Positions 18,021-23,885 of a DNA stretch of 23,885 nt are shown in pieces (within the stretch, counting starts at the first letter, position 1; the number at the start of each line of letters is the position of its first letter). Below the pieces are notes generated by a model. The model was not told the origin of the DNA and searched no databases. It saw nothing but the letters and a program-made list of their open reading frames with translations. A program made the position numbers and the translations under genes. Where the stretch lies: the IMG/VR virus record IMGVR_UViG_2778261635_000004, positions 1-23,885 of that record; one strand, given 5' to 3'. The DNA comes from a virus (lineage: Duplodnaviria > Heunggongvirae > Uroviricota > Caudoviricetes).

Positions 18021-18874
18021 ACACGCACCTCGTACACAGCAGAACTATCCACGCCACGCGAAGGATCAAATCCCACCCAGCAGCGCGCCCCGGAAACAGC
18101 AATGATTTCTGTTGCAGATTTACTCTCGCCAGCCGACACGCCGATGCTGCGTTTTGCCTTGATGTAGTGGTGAGTGAAATTTCGATACAGCGAACGGATC
18201 AGGGATGTGTCACTGTTAGAAACAATGACTGGATGACCTTCTGATGATCGATATTCAAGAACAGATGCCAGGTGATACTGGTCATCTTCAGTGAAGCCGT
18301 CAGTGTGATAGCCGGAAAACGTACCGTCATAAGGCGGATCGCAATACACCACATCCCCCACCTGCAGCATCGCCAGCGTTTCATCAAAGCTGGCGCAGAT
18401 AAACGTTGCTCGCTGGGCTTTCTCTGCAAATGCGCGAATTTCTTTTTCAGGGAAATACGGATTTTTATAATTACCGTATGGAATGTTGAAATGCCCGCTC
18501 TTGTTATAACGACATAACCCACGGTAACCATGACGATTGAGATACAGGAAATATACCGCTTTCATGAAATCAGTAATTTCAGTGGAGTAATTAAACTCCT
18601 GCCTTATGTTGTAATAAGCCACCTCCCTGTTTGCTTCCTCAAATAAAGCTCTGGCACGAGATATAAACGCCTCGCAATCAGCAGCAACCTTTTTATAGAG
18701 GTTGATTAAATCAGGATTAATATCCGCAACAAGATAGCTGGGGTAATCCGTCTCCATCATCACAGCACAGGAACCCGCGAAAGGTTCAACCAGTCGCGGG
18801 CCAGCAGGAAGATGTTTTTTCAGTTCGGACATAATGGCAGTTTTATTACCCGCCCATTTCAGGATGGTGCTCAT
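18017..18874 (-). CDS. DNA adenine (N6) methyltransferase, Dam-like orphan MTase
   Basis: Likely start is the ATG at 18874 ([16 protein letters not shown] upstream), giving 285 aa; motifs [15 protein letters not shown] and DPPY; no adjacent restriction endonuclease gene. Confidence 0.85.
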   Translation of the reverse strand: MSTILKWAGNKTAIMSELKKHLPAGPRLVEPFAGSCAVMMETDYPSYLVADINPDLINLYKKVAADCEAFISRARALFEEANREVAYYNIRQEFNYSTEITDFMKAVYFLYLNRHGYRGLCRYNKSGHFNIPYGNYKNPYFPEKEIRAFAEKAQRATFICASFDETLAMLQVGDVVYCDPPYDGTFSGYHTDGFTEDDQYHLASVLEYRSSEGHPVIVSNSDTSLIRSLYRNFTHHYIKAKRSIGVSAGESKSATEIIAVSGARCWVGFDPSRGVDSSAVYEVRV

Positions 18875-19098
18875 ACAGCACCTCCGTTGTAATGTTTGCC
18901 TTTCAGCTCTGCGATTTCCTGACAGGTAATGCAAAGCTGCACACCTGGAATGGCGCGGCGGCGTGCTGGCGGAATTGGCGCTTCACACTCAATGCAAAGC
19001 ACGCGGGACACGCCCGGCGTTTTGGCACGGGCAGCACGGATATGGCGCTGGCGTTCTTCTTCAACGCGCTGCTGTACAAGATCCATTGCATCAGCCAT
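18871..19098 (-). CDS. DksA/TraR-family C4 zinc-finger protein (P2 orf82-like)
   Basis: 75 aa with CIECEAPIP...CITC four-Cys arrangement; start/stop codons overlap both neighbours. Confidence 0.7.
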   Translation of the reverse strand: MADAMDLVQQRVEEERQRHIRAARAKTPGVSRVLCIECEAPIPPARRRAIPGVQLCITCQEIAELKGKHYNGGAV

Positions 19099-19337
19099 TA
19101 GTGGATCTCCTGCGCTTCGTTCTGGATTGCTTCAGCAGTTACACGCAGTAGTTCTGCTGCTTCGACGTGGTTTAGCTGGCGGGATGTGATATGACACGCC
19201 AGGCTATCAAGGCGAGCTGCCATTGCTTCAGCCCTTGCCCGGCGTTCTTCCAGACGAGCCTCTGTCAGTAAAATATTAAGCCCTGCATCATCCGGTCCGG
19301 TTTTAGTCGTGAGGGTTTCAATATTACGCATAATCAA
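19098..19337 (-). CDS. Hypothetical protein (early operon)
   Basis: 79 aa ORF in a chain of overlapping genes upstream of TraR-like/Dam/A. Confidence 0.5.
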   Translation of the reverse strand: MIMRNIETLTTKTGPDDAGLNILLTEARLEERRARAEAMAARLDSLACHITSRQLNHVEAAELLRVTAEAIQNEAQEIH

Positions 19338-19398
19338 TTCTCCTGAATTTAGATAAAGGGATACCCGGCGGGTTTACGCCATTAATTTCATTAGTTGG

Positions 19399-19740
19399 TT
19401 AATTCGGCATGGTTAGCCGTCTGGGAAATAAGCTCACCACTGCACGAAAATGATTCATTGCTTTAATCAACTCCCGCTTTTCGTCAGTGGTCAGCTCATT
19501 AATGCTGATGCTATGACGTTCAGCTGGAATTTTTGCCATAAAGAATATAGCAGCCAGTGCCCGTTTATTTTGTTCGTTATTGATATCCCGTGGATCACGC
19601 ATATCTTTAATAAACCGCTCAAGCTCTGACTCAATATTCAGGCCAAATACTTTCGCCCTTAACTCCGCAATATGGTTAAGTCCATTCAGGCGTTCACCGG
19701 GGCTTAATGGAACAGTCGCCGCAGCGCCTTCAATAGCCAT
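19399..19740 (-). CDS. Hypothetical protein (early operon)
   Basis: 113 aa ORF with GGGGGA RBS. Confidence 0.5.
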   Translation of the reverse strand: MAIEGAAATVPLSPGERLNGLNHIAELRAKVFGLNIESELERFIKDMRDPRDINNEQNKRALAAIFFMAKIPAERHSISINELTTDEKRELIKAMNHFRAVVSLFPRRLTMPN

Positions 19741-19904
19741 TTGTTCCCCCGTTTTTTCGTAGATAGTTCTGCCAGCAATTCATCTTGTGAACGGCACGGA
19801 TGCCAGCGTTTACCATCCTCCCCCATGATCCAGCCGTGACCGTAGTGCATTGCCGGGCTTTGTTTTACCAGCAGCGATGCAAATGATGGTTCTTTCGTCA
19901 GCAT
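19704..19904 (-). CDS. Small hypothetical protein
   Basis: 66 aa from the ATG at 19904 (GAGGTG upstream); overlaps the next gene's start by 37 nt, so uncertain. Confidence 0.35.
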   Translation of the reverse strand: MLTKEPSFASLLVKQSPAMHYGHGWIMGEDGKRWHPCRSQDELLAELSTKKRGNKWLLKALRRLFH

Positions 19905-19911
19905 AAGCACC

Positions 19912-20421
19912 TCACAGCAAACCGAATGAGGCACCGAGGCCAGTCACGGTATCAACTGCACTCGCCATCGCAGGATTAGCCTGTAAACGGGCCTGCAATG
20001 AAACAGCAGCCAGCGCCATCAGTCGTGTAACAGAGTTAATGCTGCTGATCGCATCACGACGGCCTGCACTGGTTTTTACATCGCCAGAAACCGCACCTGC
20101 TGCGACACGCCCTATCTCTGCAGTTGCACTCATAACGTAATGCGGCAGTTTCTCTTTCGCTACCTCATTAATCGGAACACATGGCAGACAATGAATCTGT
20201 GCCAGAAAACCATCTACCAGCGTTGAATCTTCAGTCAGATCGGTAAGCAGCCAGATTTCTGGTGCGGTTAATAAATGAGGTTGAGCTGGGTTCAGCTTGT
20301 TCCGCAGAATCTGTACATTTATGCCTGCACGTTCTGCCAGTTGCACCAGGTTGTGGCGCAGTGCAAATGCACGACAGGCTTCATCAAAATGTGGATGTTT
20401 GGAAACTTTATAATCAAACAT
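19912..20421 (-). CDS. 186 CII-like lysogeny-establishment regulator (alternatively P2 B-like)
   Basis: Track ORF starts with TTG at 20430; the ATG at 20421 (GGAG upstream) gives 169 aa, the size I recall for 186 CII; first large gene downstream of the Apl/Cox-like gene. Confidence 0.5.
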   Translation of the reverse strand: MFDYKVSKHPHFDEACRAFALRHNLVQLAERAGINVQILRNKLNPAQPHLLTAPEIWLLTDLTEDSTLVDGFLAQIHCLPCVPINEVAKEKLPHYVMSATAEIGRVAAGAVSGDVKTSAGRRDAISSINSVTRLMALAAVSLQARLQANPAMASAVDTVTGLGASFGLL

Positions 20422-20485
20422 AGTTTTCAACTCCGAACTTATCGCAAAATCGAACTCACCGTCTTATTGCGAAAGTAGACGGTTA

Positions 20486-20689
20486 TTAAGCAGACAAAGC
20501 ATCAACTGTCAGAGCAACCAGGTTAATCATTACCTTTTCACGTTTTTTGTCTTTTCGAAGACGATGACGAGGTAGTCGGCCATCAGCCAACATATCGTTA
20601 ATCGTATCAATAGAAAGGCCTGTCAGTTCGCTATAACGTTCGATCGTGACATGTGGTGTATTCAGAGTAATTGAAATGTTAGGTGTCAT
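20486..20689 (-). CDS. Apl/Cox-like small DNA-binding protein (lytic-side switch protein / excision directionality)
   Basis: 67 aa from the ATG at 20689 (AAGGAA upstream); basic, HTH-like (ERYSELTGLSIDTINDMLADGRL); divergent from the repressor gene. Confidence 0.55.
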   Translation of the reverse strand: MTPNISITLNTPHVTIERYSELTGLSIDTINDMLADGRLPRHRLRKDKKREKVMINLVALTVDALSA

Positions 20690-20834
20690 AAGGCAACATT
20701 CCTTATAGATATGGCTTGTGGCGAGCCGTAGTTTGTCGTGATTAGTAGTGAAGGCTCCAAAAGAACACTTCTGGTTCAACTTTAAGATCGCTTTTGGAAT
20801 CTGTCAACGAATTTTGGATTTCCTTGGAGGACTC
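20690..20834. promoter_or_regulatory. Lysis-lysogeny switch region (divergent genes; operators/promoters not resolved)
   Basis: 145-bp intergenic region between the divergent Apl/Cox-like and CI genes; inverted repeat CCAAAAG (about 20757) / CTTTTGG (about 20791) and direct repeats TTTTGGA(A/T)T (about 20793 and 20813). Confidence 0.4.
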
Positions 20835-21410
20835 ATGGATTTCAGCAGCGGTGGTAAGAAAGTCATTGAACGTCTAGTTGAGGCGTACGGGTTCTCTACG
20901 AGACAAGCTCTTTGCGATCATTTGGGAGTATCCAAGAGCACCATGGCTACACGTTACATGCGAGACATCTTCCCTGCAGATTGGGTTTTGCAATGTGCTA
21001 TTGAAACTGGTTATCCACTAGAATGGCTGGCATTCGGTATAGGGGACAAAAAACCCTCAAATATAAATGCACAAATTTTGGTACCAAAGAAAAAATTAAT
21101 TTCAGGAACGTTAATTGAAGATGGAGCATATATTTTTGATAAAACATTCTTACCTGAAAAAATATGTAATCCGTTCATCATTCAAGATCTGGATAACGAA
21201 TACATATGTAGCTTTGAATATAATGACATAAGCGATGGATTGTGGCTAATAGGCATAGACGAAAAAATTTCGGTCCGAACCCTGACCCGCTTACCTAATA
21301 ACAGGTTATATGTTGAAGGAGGAAATCGTGGCTTTGAGTGTTCCAGAGATGAAATACAGGTTATTGGAATTGTGTGGTGCTGCATACTAAGAAGAGCAGA
21401 AAAATTTTAG
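20835..21410 (+). CDS. cI: Immunity repressor, phage 186 CI-like
   Basis: Internal ATG at 20835 with GGAGG RBS gives 191 aa (186 CI is about 192 aa as I recall); N-terminal HTH-like segment (GFSTRQALCDHLGVSKSTMATRYMR); divergent from Apl/Cox. Confidence 0.7.
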   Translation: MDFSSGGKKVIERLVEAYGFSTRQALCDHLGVSKSTMATRYMRDIFPADWVLQCAIETGYPLEWLAFGIGDKKPSNINAQILVPKKKLISGTLIEDGAYIFDKTFLPEKICNPFIIQDLDNEYICSFEYNDISDGLWLIGIDEKISVRTLTRLPNNRLYVEGGNRGFECSRDEIQVIGIVWCCILRRAEKF

Positions 21411-21441
21411 TACTCAATATATTAAATAACTGGAGTTCTAA

Positions 21442-22773
21442 ATGCCTATTGAATATACGTTTGATTATCGTGATGAGTTCCTTCGTAAGCCTATTGCTGA
21501 AAAATTAATAGCTCTACTGAACTCTGATATTAACTTATCTCCGCTGGTTATAGATGGCGGATGGGGCACGGGAAAAACAGAGTTTTGCAAAAAAGTTGCA
21601 AATCTAATTGAAAACAATAATCAAAAACATAAAGTAGTTTACATTGATGCTTTCGCTGAAGATCATAATGATGCCCCCATTTTGACGTTAATGGCAGGTG
21701 TTGCTGCACTTTTGCCCGAAGACAAACGAAAAGAGTTGATAAGCAAAACACTACCAGCAATACGTTTTGGTTTGAAAACCATTTTCAAAGCTGGCACTGG
21801 ATGGGTGTTAAAACAAAATGCAGATGACATTGTTGATGGCTTCGAAGATGCTATCAAAGAAGCCACTTCGAGTGCAATCGACAGTACAATTGAAACATTA
21901 TTAGACGATCATATAGAAGCACAGAAAAACATCGAGACATTGAGAAATACAATTTCGCAACTTACAGAGAAATTTAAAATAACGATTATTATAGACGAAC
22001 TGGACAGATGTAAACCTACATTCGCTCTTTCAATCATAGAAAATATTAAACACATTTTTGAAATAAAAAACTTGAATTTTGTTTTGGTTGCAAAGACTCA
22101 ACAACTCAAAGCATCAATAAGCCATCTGTATGGTTTATCCATAAATGCAGAACAGTATTTAGACAAATTCATAAAATTTACATTTGTATTGCCCGATACA
22201 TTTAAACCAGACAACTATACACCTGCATACGCATCTGTCGCTTTATGGGAAATATTAAAAAATGATTCTCAAAGACTGCAAGAAGTAAACGAAGAATGCG
22301 GGCATATTATAAAAACGATAATACAAAGAGCTAAGTTGTCTTTACGTGAAGTAGAAACATTATCGCGCCATTTTGAAATATATCAGGTGCTATCTCAATC
22401 TGGAATTGGTCCAGAAAAAATATTTGGTTATTCATTATACCGAACGTTAGGAGTGATGCTATATTCTCTAAATCGCCCTTTGGCATTAAGCTATCTAGAT
22501 AATTCTGTGGATGCAGAAAGTACTATCAAAACATTAGGCTTTGAATATTTAAGTTATGATGAGGATATTTATAGTGTAGATAATACTGAATATGCTATTT
22601 ATGGGATCGTACTAGACTATATTGATGCAACATCTCCATTCTTTATAAAGGATGATGAAACCAGAAAAAAATGGACTGAACATGCTACCTATAGTTTCTT
22701 TCAAAAGGGCTTAAATACTGTTCCTCCCCGAAAACTTGTTTCGTCCGCCATTGAAGTTTTAATGCTCAACTAA
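21442..22773 (+). CDS. KAP-family P-loop NTPase, stand-alone cargo gene in the lysogenic operon
   Basis: 443 aa; Walker A GGWGTGKT with the KAP-typical Trp; Walker B IIIDELDRC; hydrophobic insert (APILTLMAGVAALLP) between them; AT-rich; 31 nt after the CI stop on the same strand with GGAG RBS; integrase follows. Confidence 0.8.
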   Translation: MPIEYTFDYRDEFLRKPIAEKLIALLNSDINLSPLVIDGGWGTGKTEFCKKVANLIENNNQKHKVVYIDAFAEDHNDAPILTLMAGVAALLPEDKRKELISKTLPAIRFGLKTIFKAGTGWVLKQNADDIVDGFEDAIKEATSSAIDSTIETLLDDHIEAQKNIETLRNTISQLTEKFKITIIIDELDRCKPTFALSIIENIKHIFEIKNLNFVLVAKTQQLKASISHLYGLSINAEQYLDKFIKFTFVLPDTFKPDNYTPAYASVALWEILKNDSQRLQEVNEECGHIIKTIIQRAKLSLREVETLSRHFEIYQVLSQSGIGPEKIFGYSLYRTLGVMLYSLNRPLALSYLDNSVDAESTIKTLGFEYLSYDEDIYSVDNTEYAIYGIVLDYIDATSPFFIKDDETRKKWTEHATYSFFQKGLNTVPPRKLVSSAIEVLMLN

Positions 22774-22806
22774 AGATGTATAATTGACTGATTTCATACA
22801 TTGACA

Positions 22807-22822
22807 CTGATTATATATACAG
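22807..22822 (+). promoter_or_regulatory. LexA-box-like dyad (CTGA-N8-ACAG) inside a candidate promoter just upstream of int
   Basis: TTGACA (22801..22806) followed by CTGAttatatatACAG: one mismatch to CTGT-N8-ACAG, with both CTG/CAG triplets intact; int ATG is at 22854. Confidence 0.3.
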
Positions 22823-22853
22823 TAAAAATGCTCTCCACTGGAGGGCATTTTTT

Positions 22854-23885
22854 ATGGCAGTACGAAAACTCACCACAGGAAAATGGCTTTGCGAATGTTA
22901 CCCCGCCGGACGTAGTGGGCGTCGTGTGCGTAAACAATTCGCCACCAAAGGCGAAGCACTGGCTTTTGAGCGTCACACGATGGAAGAAACCGAAGCAAAG
23001 CCCTGGCTGGGTGAATCAGTGGATCGTCGAACACTGAAAGACGTGGTTGAGCTATGGTTCAAACTACATGGTAAATCTCTGACAGCTGGGCAGCATGTCT
23101 ATGACAAATTGCTGTTGATGGTTGACGCTCTAGGCAATCCTCTTGCAACCGATCTCACCTCTAAAATGTTTGCCCACTATCGAGATAAACGCCTGACAGG
23201 CGAGATCTACTTCAGCGAGAAATGGAAGAAAGGAGCAAGCCCGGTCACCATTAACCTGGAGCAAAGCTATCTAAGTAGTGTTTTTAGCGAACTATCCCGT
23301 CTGGGCGAATGGTCGTATCCGAACCCACTGGAGAACATGCGAAAATTCACCATCGCAGAAAAAGAGATGGCATGGCTTACCCATGAGCAGATTGTTGAAT
23401 TGCTGGCTGATTGCAAACGTCAGGACCCAATTCTGGCACTGGTAGTTAAGATATGCTTAAGCACAGGCGCACGCTGGCGTGAAGCCGTAAATCTTACCCG
23501 CTCACAGGTGACCAAATACCGAATTACCTTTGTAAGAACGAAGGGGAAGAAAAACAGAAGCATCCCTATCAGTAAAGAGCTTTACGAAGAGATCATGGCG
23601 CTTGATGGGTTCAATTTCTTCACAGACTGCTATTTTCAATTTTTATCCGTGATGGAAAAAACGTCTATCGTGCTCCCTCGCGGTCAACTGACACACGTTC
23701 TGCGCCATACGTTTGCGGCGCATTTCATGATGTCGGGTGGAAATATCCTTGCTTTGCAAAAAATCCTCGGACATCACGACATAAAAATGACCATGCGTTA
23801 CGCACATCTGGCACCGGATCACCTGGAAACTGCATTACGGTTTAATCCGCTGGCAACACTACCAACATCAACAGCAACTGTTTGA
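22854..23885 (+). CDS. int: Tyrosine integrase (P2/186-type)
   Basis: 343 aa complete ORF with GGAGGG RBS; C-terminal catalytic region HVLRHTFAAHFMMSGGNILALQKILGHHDIKMTMRYAHL (R...H..R...Y pattern). Confidence 0.9.
   Translation: MAVRKLTTGKWLCECYPAGRSGRRVRKQFATKGEALAFERHTMEETEAKPWLGESVDRRTLKDVVELWFKLHGKSLTAGQHVYDKLLLMVDALGNPLATDLTSKMFAHYRDKRLTGEIYFSEKWKKGASPVTINLEQSYLSSVFSELSRLGEWSYPNPLENMRKFTIAEKEMAWLTHEQIVELLADCKRQDPILALVVKICLSTGARWREAVNLTRSQVTKYRITFVRTKGKKNRSIPISKELYEEIMALDGFNFFTDCYFQFLSVMEKTSIVLPRGQLTHVLRHTFAAHFMMSGGNILALQKILGHHDIKMTMRYAHLAPDHLETALRFNPLATLPTSTATV

Noticed and set aside
1-23885. CRISPR arrays, tRNA/rRNA genes, IS elements or transposases
   Set aside because: No regularly spaced direct repeats, no tRNA-like cloverleaf regions and no transposase-like ORFs were seen; the only recombinase is the prophage integrase. 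The attachment site should lie beyond the right edge.

Overview
This window is most of a P2/186-family (peduovirus-like) temperate prophage of an enterobacterial host, laid out in prophage order. On the minus strand runs a late morphogenesis block: tail fibre H (partial, runs off the left edge), baseplate genes I-J-W-V, tail completion S-R, the lysis cassette (spanins, SAR-type endolysin, holin), X, L, terminase M, capsid N and scaffold O. The divergent P-Q operon (large terminase, portal) follows, then a cos-like site, an SOS-controlled small operon, replication initiator A with a Dam methylase/TraR-like operon, a 186-type CII / Apl-Cox / CI switch, and a tyrosine integrase at the right edge. 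Four visibly AT-rich cargo genes interrupt this conserved backbone and are the main candidates for a poorly described accessory or defence function: (1) a stand-alone KAP-family P-loop NTPase inserted between the CI repressor and integrase, in the lysogenic operon; (2) a stand-alone SIR2-like protein between S and the V late promoter; (3) a Cys-rich zinc-ribbon protein with a DUF4145-like C-terminus wedged between portal and cos; (4) a small, very acidic protein just past cos. All calls come from reading the ORF translations and motifs by eye; no searches were run, so family assignments rest on recalled signature motifs. Hand-located motif coordinates may be off by 1-2 nt (my reading disagreed with the ORF track by 1 nt around 13980-14040).
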